Positions 10,075 through 20,026 of a stretch of DNA of 64,000 bases are shown piece by piece. The notes under the pieces were generated by a model, which was not told where the DNA came from, made no database searches, and was given only the letters and a program-made list of their open reading frames with translations. The DNA is from an archaeon (GTDB lineage: Archaea; Iainarchaeota; Iainarchaeia; Iainarchaeales; 1-14-0-10-31-34), in contig JBDRFE010000002.1 of NCBI GenBank assembly GCA_043819075.1, positions 114-64,113 on the forward strand, read 5' to 3'. The position numbers and the translations under genes are program-made. Numbering within the stretch: the first letter of the stretch is position 1; the number at the start of each line of letters is the position of its first letter.

Positions 10075-12720
10075 TCACTGCTGTTTTCCTTTTTCCCTTA
10101 TTGCAGCCTGTGCTGCTGCTAATCTTGCAATCGGCACTCTGAACGGAGAACAAGAAACATAAGACAAATTCAGTGAATGGCAGAATTCAATTGAAGCAGG
10201 GTCTCCTCCGTGTTCGCCGCAGATTCCCATCTTAATTTTCTGGTTTGTTTTTCTCCCTAATTCAACTGCAATCTGCATTAACTTGCCTACTCCTAAAACA
10301 TCAACTGAAACAAAAGGCGAAACAAGAAGAATTTTTTGTTCAATGTATTTGTTCAAGAATTTTCCTTCAACATCGTCTCTTGAAAAACCAAAAGTTGTCT
10401 GGGTTAAATCATTTGTGCCAAAAGAAAAAAAATCTGCATGCAATGCAATTTCATCTGCAGTCAGGGCCGCTCTAGGCAGTTCAATCATTGTGCCAATTGA
10501 AATTCCAGAGTCAGGCGCAATTTCATTCAAAATTTTTTCAACTAATTTCCTTGAAATCTCTAATTCTTTTGCAATTCCAACTAATGGAATCATTATTTCT
10601 GGCCTTGCGTCAATGTTTTTTTTCTTCAAGTTAAGGAAGGCTTCTGCAATGGCTTTAGTCTGCATTTCAATTATTTCAGGATAAATTATTCCCAAACGAC
10701 ATCCCCTGAAGCCAAGCATTGGATTGCTTTCATGCAATTCATTTACTTTTGCAAGCAAAGCCTTTTTTTCGCTTAAATCTGAAACTAATTTAGAGTCATC
10801 CCTTGAATCAATTACGTGCTTTAAGTCAGAGATTTCCTGAATCAAGTTTTCCCTTGAAGGCAGGAACTCATGCAATGGCGGGTCAATCAGCCTGATAGTG
10901 ACAGGAAAGCCTTGCATTGCCTCTAAAATGCCTTCAAAATCTGTTCTCTGCATTTCAAGAAGCTTATCCAAAAAATGCTTTCTTTCCTTTAAAGAAGAAC
11001 TTAAAATCATTTTCTGAACAATTGGCAGCCTTTCAGGAGCAAAAAACATGTGCTCTGTCCTGCACAAGCCAATTCCTTCTGCACCTAATTCAACTGCTTT
11101 TCTTGCATCAGCCGGGGTGTCAGCATTAGCCCTTACCCCTAAAACTTTTAAGTCATTACTCCATTCAAGGAGTTCAGAAAAAAATTCATCTGGCTCTGGC
11201 GCAATTAATTTTACTTCCCCTAAAAAGAATTCTCCTGTAGCGCCGTCAATTGAAATAAAATCCCCTTCTTTTATTTTAGTGCCGTTAATATTCATTTCTT
11301 TTTTTGGGTAATCAATTTTTAGTTCCTCGCAGCCGACAATACATGGTTTTCCCATTCCTCTTGCAACAACAGCTGCATGAGATGTTTGGCCGCCTCTAGA
11401 AGTAAGAATTCCTTTTGATGCAATCATTCCGTGAATGTCATCAGGAGAAGTTTCATGCCTGACTAAAATAACATTTCCTGTTTCACTTTCTTTTTCAGCT
11501 GAATTAGCGTCAAAAAAAACTCTTCCGCTTGCAGCCCCAGGAGAAGCATTCAAGCCTTTGCCTAAAGCATTCAGTTTTTGGGTTGGGTCAATTCTTTTAT
11601 GCAATAACTGGTTTAAGTCAAAAGGATTAATTCTAAGCAAAGCTGTTTCTTTTGAAATCAGTCCTTCTTCAAATAATTCAACTGCAATCCTTACAGCAGA
11701 CTGGGCAGTCCTTTTTCCATTCCTTGTCTGCAAAAAAAACAGTTTTCCGTTCTCTATAGTGAATTCAGTGTCCTGCATGTCCTTGAAATGATTTTCTAAT
11801 TTATTGCAGACAAAAACAAATTCATTGAAGATTTCAGGCAAAATTGATTTTAATTCAGAAATTTTTTTCGGAGTGCGAATTCCTGCAACAACATCTTCTC
11901 CTTGAGCGTTCATCAAAAACTCGCCGTACAATTCTTTTACTCCATTAGAAGGGTTTCTGGTAAAACACACTCCTGTGCCAGAAGTATTTCCTAAATTGCC
12001 GAAAACCATTTCCTGAATTACAACTGCCGTGCCCCAGTCAGAAGGAATCTTGTTTAGTTTTCTGTAAGTAATTGCCCTGGGGTTATTCCAGGAATTAAAT
12101 ACTGATTTGACTGCCAAAAACAATTGTTCTTTAGGGTTTTCAGGAAAAGGATTTCCTGTCTCTGATTCAATCAAAGCCTTATAAGATTCTATTATTTTTT
12201 CCAAAGAAGCTTCAGTTAACTCAACATCAAGTTTTATTCCAGAAGCAGTTTTTTCTTTTTCTAAAATTTCTTCAAACTTGTCGTGCTCTAATCCTAACAC
12301 AACGTTTCCAAACATTTGGAGAAAACGCCTAAAAGAATCCAAGACAAATCTTTTGTTGCCTGTTTTTTCTGTTAAAGCATTTCTTGCTTTCTCGCTTAAG
12401 CCTAAATTTAATACAGTGTCCATCATGCCAGGCATTGAAGTTCTTGCACCGCTTCTGACAGAAACCAGCAAAGGGTTATCTGAATCAAATTTTTTTCCTG
12501 TTTTTTCTTCAAGAGAATTCAACGCAGAATTAACCTGTTCTTCTAATCCTTCGGGAAAATTGTTTGAATCAAAAAAATTAATGCATGCTTGGGTTGAAAT
12601 CACAAAACCTTTTGGCACAGGCAAGCCAAGCTTGGTCATTTCACATAAATTGCTTCCTTTTCCGCCTAAAAGCTCTTTCATTTCCTTTGAGCCTTCCTCA
12701 AAAAAATACACGTATTTCAA
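10075..12720 (-). CDS. ppdK: pyruvate, phosphate dikinase
   Basis: GGKGSNLCEMTKLGLPVP (ATP-grasp N-terminus), the phospho-His region GGQTSHAAVVARGMGKPCIVG, and a C-terminal PEP-utilising domain. The ORF-track N-terminal extension (MDAVLL...) is non-protein-like. The likely start is the TTG at 12720, giving MKYVYFFEEGSKEM, which matches the PPDK N-terminus. Confidence 0.9.
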   Translation of the reverse strand: MKYVYFFEEGSKEMKELLGGKGSNLCEMTKLGLPVPKGFVISTQACINFFDSNNFPEGLEEQVNSALNSLEEKTGKKFDSDNPLLVSVRSGARTSMPGMMDTVLNLGLSEKARNALTEKTGNKRFVLDSFRRFLQMFGNVVLGLEHDKFEEILEKEKTASGIKLDVELTEASLEKIIESYKALIESETGNPFPENPKEQLFLAVKSVFNSWNNPRAITYRKLNKIPSDWGTAVVIQEMVFGNLGNTSGTGVCFTRNPSNGVKELYGEFLMNAQGEDVVAGIRTPKKISELKSILPEIFNEFVFVCNKLENHFKDMQDTEFTIENGKLFFLQTRNGKRTAQSAVRIAVELFEEGLISKETALLRINPFDLNQLLHKRIDPTQKLNALGKGLNASPGAASGRVFFDANSAEKESETGNVILVRHETSPDDIHGMIASKGILTSRGGQTSHAAVVARGMGKPCIVGCEELKIDYPKKEMNINGTKIKEGDFISIDGATGEFFLGEVKLIAPEPDEFFSELLEWSNDLKVLGVRANADTPADARKAVELGAEGIGLCRTEHMFFAPERLPIVQKMILSSSLKERKHFLDKLLEMQRTDFEGILEAMQGFPVTIRLIDPPLHEFLPSRENLIQEISDLKHVIDSRDDSKLVSDLSEKKALLAKVNELHESNPMLGFRGCRLGIIYPEIIEMQTKAIAEAFLNLKKKNIDARPEIMIPLVGIAKELEISRKLVEKILNEIAPDSGISIGTMIELPRAALTADEIALHADFFSFGTNDLTQTTFGFSRDDVEGKFLNKYIEQKILLVSPFVSVDVLGVGKLMQIAVELGRKTNQKIKMGICGEHGGDPASIEFCHSLNLSYVSCSPFRVPIARLAAAQAAIREKGKQQ

Positions 12721-12818
12721 GCAAATCCCTTTGAAAGAAATGCATAAAGAAAGGGTTTTAAAACAAATGAAAAGAATTAATTTAAATTCATTAAAGAGCC
12801 AAATATTAAAGTGATTAA

Positions 12819-13964
12819 ATGAAAAAACTAAGCATTTTAGGTTCAACCGGAAGTATTGGCTCACAAACACTAGATGTAATAAAACAGCATCCAAAAGAAT
12901 TCAGGGTTTTGGGTTTAGCGGCTTACAATGAAACACAAAAAATATTAGAGCAAATAAAAGAATTCAAGCCGGAAAAAGTCTGCCTTTACGATGAAAAAGC
13001 CGCAGAAGAACTTGGAAAAAAAACTTCAATTGAAGTTGTTTCTGGAATGAAAGGATTAAAAGAAATTGCTGCAATGCAGGAAATTGAACAAACAATTGTT
13101 TCTGTTGTAGGGGCAATAGGAATTGAACCAACAATGCATGCAATAAAAAAAGGAAAAAATATTGCCTTGGCAAACAAAGAAACTTTGGTGGCAGCAGGCG
13201 AGCCAGTAATAAAAGAAGTGAAAAAAAAAGGCATTGTGCTGATGCCAATTGACTCAGAGCATTCAGCTATATTTCAGTGCTTAAATGGGGAAGAAAGAAA
13301 AAAAGTTTCAAAAGTAATTATCACCTGTTCAGGGGGGCCGTTCAGGGGAAAAAAAATTTCAGAATATTATAATGCTTCTCCTGAACAGGCTTTAGGCCAT
13401 CCGACCTGGAGTATGGGGGCAAAAATTACGATTGACTCTTCAACTTTAATGAACAAAGGATTAGAAGTGTTGGAAGCAAAATGGCTGTATGGTTTAAGCT
13501 TAGAAGAAATTGAAGTAATAATTCACCCGCAAAGCTTAATTCATTCAATGATAGAGTTTGTGGATGGAAGCATTATGGCACAAATTGGAACACATGATAT
13601 GCGGACTCCAATACAGTATGCTTTAACCTATCCAAAAAGATTATCAAATAATTTTCCTAGGCTGGATTTAATTCAGGCAAAACAAATGAGTTTTGAAAAA
13701 CCTGATTATGAAAACTTTCCATGCCTTGGCTTTGCATTCGAGGCAGGAAAAAAACAAGGAACTCTTGCAGCAGCAATGAATGCAGCAAATGAAGTGGCAG
13801 TTCATGCTTTTTTAAATAAAAAAATAAAGTATGGAAAGATTCCTGAAATAATAAAACAAGTAATGAATGAACACAAAAACAAGCTTCACCCTGAAATTGA
13901 AACAGTTTTAGAGGAAGACAAAAAAGCTAGAAAAGCAGCTGAAAAAATAATTGAAGAACTCTGA
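12819..13964 (+). CDS. dxr: 1-deoxy-D-xylulose 5-phosphate reductoisomerase
   Basis: LSILGSTGSIGSQTLDV NADPH-binding N-terminus, about 380 aa, typical DXR. Confidence 0.9.
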   Translation: MKKLSILGSTGSIGSQTLDVIKQHPKEFRVLGLAAYNETQKILEQIKEFKPEKVCLYDEKAAEELGKKTSIEVVSGMKGLKEIAAMQEIEQTIVSVVGAIGIEPTMHAIKKGKNIALANKETLVAAGEPVIKEVKKKGIVLMPIDSEHSAIFQCLNGEERKKVSKVIITCSGGPFRGKKISEYYNASPEQALGHPTWSMGAKITIDSSTLMNKGLEVLEAKWLYGLSLEEIEVIIHPQSLIHSMIEFVDGSIMAQIGTHDMRTPIQYALTYPKRLSNNFPRLDLIQAKQMSFEKPDYENFPCLGFAFEAGKKQGTLAAAMNAANEVAVHAFLNKKIKYGKIPEIIKQVMNEHKNKLHPEIETVLEEDKKARKAAEKIIEEL

Positions 13965-13970
13965 TGAAAA

Positions 13971-14408
13971 ATGAATGAAACGCCGGAAACAGAAATTTCA
14001 CAAAAATTAATTGAAGAAACAACAGAAAAATACATTAAATCATTGAATGTTTTTGGAAAAGGAGGAAAAATAGCCTTGTTTGCAGGATGGAACAAAAAAA
14101 AAGCATATAGCAATATACCAAGAGGAGAGTCAACAAAAATAGATATTATATCTGAAATCGAAAGAGAAGTAAGGGAAAAAGCAAGTATGCATGAAAAATA
14201 CAGGCTTGAAATAAGGAAAAAAATAATTGAATACATTAAAGGGAACTGGGAAACAGAAAAAAAATTCAATCAAGCAGTAAAAAGGCTTTCAAGAATTGAA
14301 GCAATCGCTAGTTCAAGGGTAATCGGAACTGCATTAAAAAAAATGAATGAAATAAGAAAAAGGGCAAGAGACAGAAAGAAAAGAAATTTAAGGAATAAAA
14401 GAGTTTAA
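13971..14408 (+). CDS. hypothetical charged protein
   Basis: 145-aa K/E-rich ORF inserted between dxr and ispD. Confidence 0.4.
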   Translation: MNETPETEISQKLIEETTEKYIKSLNVFGKGGKIALFAGWNKKKAYSNIPRGESTKIDIISEIEREVREKASMHEKYRLEIRKKIIEYIKGNWETEKKFNQAVKRLSRIEAIASSRVIGTALKKMNEIRKRARDRKKRNLRNKRV

Positions 14409-14413
14409 TTAAA

Positions 14414-15124
14414 GTGAGAAAAATGAATTTTGCGGTGATTTGTGCAGGCGGAAAAGGAATTAGAATGGGGCACGAAAAAAATAAGGTGTTCCTAAAGCTA
14501 GGGGAAAAAGAAATAATTGCATTAACAATAAAAGCGTTTGAAGAAACACCAGAAATAAACGGAATAATTGTTTCTGCAGGAAAAGAAGACATAAAAGAAA
14601 TACAAGAAATTGTTTCAAGAGAAGGCTTCAAAAAAGTTAAAGCAGTGATTGAAGGCGGAGAAAAAAGGCAGGATTCTGTTTGGAATGGAATAAAAAAACT
14701 CAAAGAGATTGCAGGAAAAAATAATATTATAGTGATTCATAACGCGGCAAACCCTTTTGTAGAAAAACAAACAATACAAAAATGCATTAAAGAAGCAGAA
14801 AAGTTTGGTGCAAGCGTTGCAGCACAAAAAGTAAAAGACACGATAAAAAGAGTTGACGAAGATTTAATGGTAAAAGAAACCCTTAACAGAAAAGAATTAT
14901 GGCAGATGCAGACCCCGCAAGCAATAATTTACCATATTGCGGTAAAGGCATTTGAAAAAGCTTTTTCAGAAAACTTTTACGGAACAGATGACGTGCAGTT
15001 AGTTGAAAGAATTCACGGAAAAATAAAAATCGTTGAATGCCCTTACACAAACATAAAAATCACAACAAAAGAAGACTACGAGACAGCAAAAAGAATGATG
15101 AAAGAAAAAACAGAAAACACATAA
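14414..15124 (+). CDS. ispD: 2-C-methyl-D-erythritol 4-phosphate cytidylyltransferase
   Basis: FAVICAGGKGIRMG nucleotide-binding N-terminus, about 236 aa. Confidence 0.85.
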   Translation: MRKMNFAVICAGGKGIRMGHEKNKVFLKLGEKEIIALTIKAFEETPEINGIIVSAGKEDIKEIQEIVSREGFKKVKAVIEGGEKRQDSVWNGIKKLKEIAGKNNIIVIHNAANPFVEKQTIQKCIKEAEKFGASVAAQKVKDTIKRVDEDLMVKETLNRKELWQMQTPQAIIYHIAVKAFEKAFSENFYGTDDVQLVERIHGKIKIVECPYTNIKITTKEDYETAKRMMKEKTENT

Positions 15125-15156
15125 GAGAACAGCAAAAAAAGACAAAAGTGAATTAA

Positions 15157-15609
15157 ATGTATAAAAGGCCTGCAAGAAAAAAATATCCCAAGAAAAAACA
15201 GGCAAGGCTGCCTATTGACACAGACGTGCTTCAGAGAATGAGAGAAGCAGAAAAACTAAGAAGACAGAAAGAACAGGCAGACAGACAAAAAGGGTTCAGA
15301 ATAACAGGGGAACCCGCAGAAGGGAGGCGTTCGCTGAAAGACTTTCCTGAACAAATTGGAATGAAAATGTTTCGAAAAGGATCCTGGGCTGCAAGAATTG
15401 AATTTAATGGAAATACCTTGTTGGTTGAGCCAACCCCGCTCAATACACCTAAAAACAAGCCAAAAATAATTGTGAGAACGCCGGAGGGAAATATGGTTGA
15501 ATGCACAGCAAAAACACAGAAAAAAATACTTAAAATTGTTGCAGAAATATGGAAGAAAACACCAAAGAGCGGAAGGCAGGGAGGGCACGTAACCGTGGGA
15601 GTTGTTTAA
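15157..15609 (+). CDS. hypothetical basic protein
   Basis: 150-aa ORF between ispD and ispF. Confidence 0.4.
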   Translation: MYKRPARKKYPKKKQARLPIDTDVLQRMREAEKLRRQKEQADRQKGFRITGEPAEGRRSLKDFPEQIGMKMFRKGSWAARIEFNGNTLLVEPTPLNTPKNKPKIIVRTPEGNMVECTAKTQKKILKIVAEIWKKTPKSGRQGGHVTVGVV

Positions 15610-15655
15610 ACAACAACAATATAAAAACCGTTTTATACATAATTAATGTGATGTT

Positions 15656-16174
15656 ATGCCGTTCAGAGTTGGATTAGGACAGGATTCCCACAGGTTTTCT
15701 CATGTTCACGAGAAAAGGCCTTTAATGTTAGGCGGGGTAAAAGTTGACGGCCATTTAGGGTTAAAAGGCAATTCTGATGCAGACGTAATACTTCACTCTT
15801 TATTTAATTCTTTAGCACAAATAATCGGCTGGAAAAGCCTTGGAAGCCATGCAGACAAATTATGCAAAGAACACGGAATAACTGATTCAAAAGAATACTT
15901 AAAAGAGCCGTTAGAAAAATTAAAAGAAATGGATTATGAAATAACAACAGTTGGAATAACAATTGAATGCAGCAAGCCAAAAATTGACCCAATATCAGAT
16001 GACATAAGAAAAAGCGTTGCAAAAATTCTTGGAATAGAAGAAGACCAAGTCGGAATAATTGCTACAACCGGAGAAAGATTAACTGCTTTTGGAAAAGGAC
16101 AAGGAATACAGGTTTTCTCTGTGATAACCGCAATACACAAGAACGTGAAAAAACTAGCTGGGAAAAAAAAGTAA
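15656..16174 (+). CDS. ispF: 2-C-methyl-D-erythritol 2,4-cyclodiphosphate synthase
   Basis: GLGQDSHRF metal-binding motif, about 170 aa. Confidence 0.85.
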   Translation: MPFRVGLGQDSHRFSHVHEKRPLMLGGVKVDGHLGLKGNSDADVILHSLFNSLAQIIGWKSLGSHADKLCKEHGITDSKEYLKEPLEKLKEMDYEITTVGITIECSKPKIDPISDDIRKSVAKILGIEEDQVGIIATTGERLTAFGKGQGIQVFSVITAIHKNVKKLAGKKK

Positions 16175-16275
16175 TTCGTCTTTTGTCGAAGTAAGGTTTT
16201 TAAATCAACGTAAGCTTTAAATAGTTTGGCGTTGAATAATTATAATTTGCAAAACAGAAAACGGGGTGTAATTTT

Positions 16276-18054
16276 TTGAGTGAAAAAAAACTGCTTGACG
16301 GAATTGAAAACCCAAAAGACTTAAAAAAACTTAAAATAGATGAACTGAAAAAACTGTCAGATGAAATACGAGAAGTTTTAATCCACACCTGCTCTATTAA
16401 TGGAGGCCACATCGGGGCAAACTTGGGTGTTGTTGAATTAAGCGTTGCATTACATTATGTTTTTAATTCCCCTGAAGACAAGTTTTTGTTTGACACCAGC
16501 CACCAGAGTTACACTCACAAAATTTTAACCGGAAGAAAAAAATACTTTCACACAATCTGCATTCCAAAAGGAATCCCAAGGTTTACTGTAAGAGGAGAAA
16601 CAGAACACGATGTCTGGAGCGCAGGCCATGCCTCAACAGCCTTAAGCGGTGCAATGGGAATGGCTGAAGCAAGAAAAAGAAACAAAAAAGAATACGATGT
16701 AATTGCAATTGTCGGCGACGGAGCATTAGGCGGAGGAATGTGCTATGAAGCACTAAACAACATTGGATACAATCAGACAACCTTATTGATTATATTGAAT
16801 GACAACAAAATGAGCATCTCACCAAATGTTGGAGCAATGTACAAGCATTTAAAAAAACTTTCAATGATTGCAGACGACCAAAAACCAAGAAGAGAAGTCG
16901 GAACAATCTTTGAAAAAATGGGAATACATTATTTTGGGCCAATAGACGGCCACAACATTGAAAAATTAGTGCAGGAATTAGAAAGATTAAAAGATCTTCC
17001 AGGGCCAAAACTGCTTCACGTCCTAACCATAAAAGGAAAAGGAATGCCTTACATGGAGAATGACAAGGCATCATGGCATGAACACCCTGCATTTGACATT
17101 GAAACAGGGGAAACAAGCAAAAAAAGCTCTACTTCAGTGGAAAAAATCGCAGTAGAAGACATGATTAAAGCAGCAGAAAAAGACGAAAAAGTTGTTGCAA
17201 TAACTGCCGCAATGCCTGCAGGAACAGGGTTATTAAAATTCGGGGAAAAATTTCCTGACAGGTTTTATGATGTGGGAATAGCAGAAGAGCATGCAGTTAC
17301 TTTTGCAGCAGGATTGGCAGCAGAAGGAGTAAAACCTTTTGTAGTAATTTACAGCCCTTTTTTGCAGAGAGCCTTTGACCAGATAGCACACGACGTTGCA
17401 TTACAAAACCTTCCTGTAAGGTTTATGGTGCCAAAAGCCTCAATAACAGGAGACGGGCCAACACAAGGAGGAATACTAGATTTCAGTTATTTGAGGATTA
17501 TTCCAAACATGATTGTAATGGCCCCAAAAGATGAAAACGAATTAGGAGACATGGTTGTAACAGCACATGAATACGATAAAGGGCCAATAAGTGTAAGGTA
17601 TCCGAAAGGAAGCCCTTTAGGAGTAAAAATAGAGAAATCAAAGGCATTAGAAATAGGCAAAGCAGAAATGATTAAAGAAGGAAAAGACATCAGCTTAATC
17701 AGCATTGGATTTATGCTAAAAGAAACAATGGAAGCCGCAGAATTATTAAAAAAAGACGGAATTGAAGCAGAAGTGATTAATGCCCGTTTTGTAAAGCCAT
17801 TAGATGAAAAAATGCTTTCAGATTCACTGAAAAAAACAGGAAAAGGAATTACAATAGAAGAAAATGTTTTAATGGGCGGGTTTGGTTCAGCTGTATTAGA
17901 AATGCTTGAAGAAAAAGGGTTAAATGAAGTTGAATTACACAGAATCGGTGCACCAGATTCATACATCAGCTATGACAGCCCTGAAAGCATTAAAAAAGAA
18001 TTCGGAATGGATGCAGAAAGCATTGCAAGAAAAGCAAAAGAAATGCTTAAATAA
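16276..18054 (+). CDS. dxs: 1-deoxy-D-xylulose-5-phosphate synthase
   Basis: GGHIGANLGVVELSVALHYVFNSPEDKFLFDTSHQSYTHKILTGR is a near-consensus DXS N-terminus. TPP-binding GDGALGGGM. Transketolase C-terminal domain. TTG start with an upstream GGGGTG. Confidence 0.9.
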   Translation: MSEKKLLDGIENPKDLKKLKIDELKKLSDEIREVLIHTCSINGGHIGANLGVVELSVALHYVFNSPEDKFLFDTSHQSYTHKILTGRKKYFHTICIPKGIPRFTVRGETEHDVWSAGHASTALSGAMGMAEARKRNKKEYDVIAIVGDGALGGGMCYEALNNIGYNQTTLLIILNDNKMSISPNVGAMYKHLKKLSMIADDQKPRREVGTIFEKMGIHYFGPIDGHNIEKLVQELERLKDLPGPKLLHVLTIKGKGMPYMENDKASWHEHPAFDIETGETSKKSSTSVEKIAVEDMIKAAEKDEKVVAITAAMPAGTGLLKFGEKFPDRFYDVGIAEEHAVTFAAGLAAEGVKPFVVIYSPFLQRAFDQIAHDVALQNLPVRFMVPKASITGDGPTQGGILDFSYLRIIPNMIVMAPKDENELGDMVVTAHEYDKGPISVRYPKGSPLGVKIEKSKALEIGKAEMIKEGKDISLISIGFMLKETMEAAELLKKDGIEAEVINARFVKPLDEKMLSDSLKKTGKGITIEENVLMGGFGSAVLEMLEEKGLNEVELHRIGAPDSYISYDSPESIKKEFGMDAESIARKAKEMLK

Positions 18055-18110
18055 CTACAAAAAAGGAATAAGAACTTTTTGCTGCAGGAATACTGTTCAG
18101 GGGGGAGAAA

Positions 18111-18548
18111 ATGAAAAATTATTCAAAAGCAATGGTTTTGTTTTTTCTGCTGATGGCGGCAGGAACAGCAAGTGCTGCAATAACAGTTGGTGTTTCAACT
18201 GATGCAGGCACATACAATGTAGGGGATAAAATAACAGTTACAGCCACGGTGTATGACGGCTCAAGCGCACTAAACAAGGTTACAGTAACCACAGCAATAA
18301 GATTTGTTACCACAAGCGTTCGTTACTGGAACGGTTTCGGAAACACAGGAACAGACGGGGCAGTAACCTGGAATGACGCACAAGTAGGGGAAACATGGTA
18401 CAACGGAAAATACAAAGTGACTGCAAGAATTTCAATAAACGGCAAAGTATACACTACAAGCGCTGATTTTGAAGTGAACAACCCGGATTACATTTACGCG
18501 CCTAAACCAAGGCCCAGGCCAAAGCTCCCATTAAGTGTGTGCCCTTAA
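18111..18548 (+). CDS. secreted hypothetical protein with signal peptide and Pro-rich C-terminus
   Basis: N-terminal hydrophobic signal MVLFFLLMAAGTASAA, a T/V-rich body and a PKPRPRPKLP tail. Confidence 0.5.
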   Translation: MKNYSKAMVLFFLLMAAGTASAAITVGVSTDAGTYNVGDKITVTATVYDGSSALNKVTVTTAIRFVTTSVRYWNGFGNTGTDGAVTWNDAQVGETWYNGKYKVTARISINGKVYTTSADFEVNNPDYIYAPKPRPRPKLPLSVCP

Positions 18549-18581
18549 AAAAGGATAACCAAAGAATAAAATTTCAGGGGA

Positions 18582-19421
18582 TTACAGAAAATCCCTTGTT
18601 TTTTTGTATTCAAGTTTTAGTTCAACACAAAAAGAAATAATTTTTTTTCTCTGCTCAGAGTTCAAGCCCTTCCAGTCAAATAAAACCAAATCAGTTTTTT
18701 CTATTGTGGTTGAAAGCATTTGCTTGAATAAAGAAAAATCTGCTTCTTCAACAAAATATTTTGAAAGAATATGAGAAACAGCTATTTCAGTTCTCTCCAT
18801 TATTTTAGAGAATTCAGGGCAGTAATGCGTGCCTCCGACACCTAAAGCGGTTTTAAAATTTGAATTAAAATTGGAAAAAGAATTAATTATTGCAGAAGAA
18901 ACAATTTTTCCTGCAACAGAATTATTCCATTCAAGTTCAGAACTGCCTATTTCAATAAAAACAGCAGGTTTTGACAAAAAAGGACCGTGATGGGTTTGCT
19001 CCATTAAAACAGGCCAGGAAAAATTCCGCGAGGTTTTTTCTTTCAGCAAATTCAAAAAAAAGTTTTTTAAAACAAGAGAAGACGTTTTAACCAGAGTTTT
19101 TTCTTTTCCGCCTAATCCAGCTGAAGAAAAATTTCCGATGGGATGGACTGAAAGAGCAGGCTGTTCTGAAGAACTTGAATGCTTTGAAGCAAAAACAAGC
19201 AAATCAGTTTTAATTTCATCCAAGTAATCAGCAAAAACCTGTTTCTGGTTAATGAAAATCAATTCAAGTTCAGTTCCATTAAAAGAACAAGAATAAACTG
19301 AATTAGAGTCAAACTGTTTTCCTGTTTCAGCAAAATTAAATTCTTTTATTAAATGGCCTGCAATATTCATTCCAGCTGAATCTGTTTTTGAAACAATTAT
19401 TGAAATTTTCTTGAACTGCAT
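18582..19421 (-). CDS. dtdA: D-aminoacyl-tRNA deacylase, archaeal type (DtdA)
   Basis: N-terminal IIVSKTDSAGMNIAGHLI, THHGP, and FIEIGSSELEWNN match the archaeal DtdA family (about 280 aa). Confidence 0.6.
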   Translation of the reverse strand: MQFKKISIIVSKTDSAGMNIAGHLIKEFNFAETGKQFDSNSVYSCSFNGTELELIFINQKQVFADYLDEIKTDLLVFASKHSSSSEQPALSVHPIGNFSSAGLGGKEKTLVKTSSLVLKNFFLNLLKEKTSRNFSWPVLMEQTHHGPFLSKPAVFIEIGSSELEWNNSVAGKIVSSAIINSFSNFNSNFKTALGVGGTHYCPEFSKIMERTEIAVSHILSKYFVEEADFSLFKQMLSTTIEKTDLVLFDWKGLNSEQRKKIISFCVELKLEYKKTRDFL

Positions 19422-19436
19422 AAAAAAGAAAAGGGA

Positions 19437-19946
19437 TTACTTGTTTTTATAGCTAGAGGATAACTGAAAAAAAACATCCTCTAAGTTGGCTAAAGTCGTG
19501 TTAATGTTTTTTGTCACATAATGATTAAAGCTTGCCCTTAAATCATCTCTTTCAGCAAAAGGCGCTGGATTAAACAAAAAAGCCTGTTTCTTTCTAACCA
19601 ATAAATCAAAGTCCTTCATCCTGTTCAAATGATACCTGAGAAGTTTTTCAGATACAGTCCTGGAATGCTTTTTTTTGATATAATCCTGTATTGCCTGAAT
19701 AGTAGGAGAAGATTTTTTTGAAAGATTAAGGTAAAACAAGGCATCCAATACATCCAAAACAGTTGTCCTGGATTCTTTTTCAGAAATCAGGCCGAAAGCC
19801 AAGGCAAACCACCGCATCATCGAACGCTTTGTCAGCTTAATGTTTGGAGGAAAATCCATTGCCCTGATAATAAAAGTTTTTCTTACAAGAGAGCTTTCAG
19901 GGAGTTCAGGCATAAAAATCACGGAAAAAGTTTTTTTCCTTTTCAA
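19437..19946 (-). CDS. hypothetical protein, probable winged-helix DNA-binding
   Basis: 169 aa. The C-terminal half (VSEKLLRYHLNRMKDFDLLVRK) is wHTH-like. Confidence 0.4.
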   Translation of the reverse strand: MKRKKTFSVIFMPELPESSLVRKTFIIRAMDFPPNIKLTKRSMMRWFALAFGLISEKESRTTVLDVLDALFYLNLSKKSSPTIQAIQDYIKKKHSRTVSEKLLRYHLNRMKDFDLLVRKKQAFLFNPAPFAERDDLRASFNHYVTKNINTTLANLEDVFFQLSSSYKNK

Positions 19947-20026
19947 ATAGATTATTCTTTAAAGTATTTATATTTATTGGAGTTAAAAACAAAAAGAAGC
20001 CAAGAAAATAGGTTTAAAAGAAGTTA

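Noticed and set aside
10245-12814. Plus-strand ORFs antisense to PPDK (10245-10475, 10283-10684, 10917-11129, 11048-11311, 11435-11791, 12278-12814)
   Set aside because: They are shadow ORFs inside a strongly supported 882-aa CDS, with low-complexity translations.
12721-12894. N-terminal 58-codon extension of the PPDK ORF (MDAVLLHLVF...)
   Set aside because: It is hydrophobic and non-protein-like, and not part of PPDK in homologues. The TTG at 12720 gives the conserved MKYVYFFEEGSKEM N-terminus.
12819-18054. Reading the whole window as a CPR bacterium because of the MEP, RSH, fused GuaA and bacterial TIM genes
   Set aside because: TFE, aTrm56, archaeal DtdA, class I LysRS, the A1:U72 initiator tRNA and BHB-type tRNA introns are not compatible with a bacterial genome. 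The bacterial-type genes are better explained as horizontal acquisitions, and a contig chimera remains to be excluded.
16583-18313. Antisense ORFs within dxs and the downstream secreted-protein gene (16583-16780, 16790-17116, 17487-17966, 18119-18313)
   Set aside because: They overlap well-supported genes on the other strand and have no motifs.
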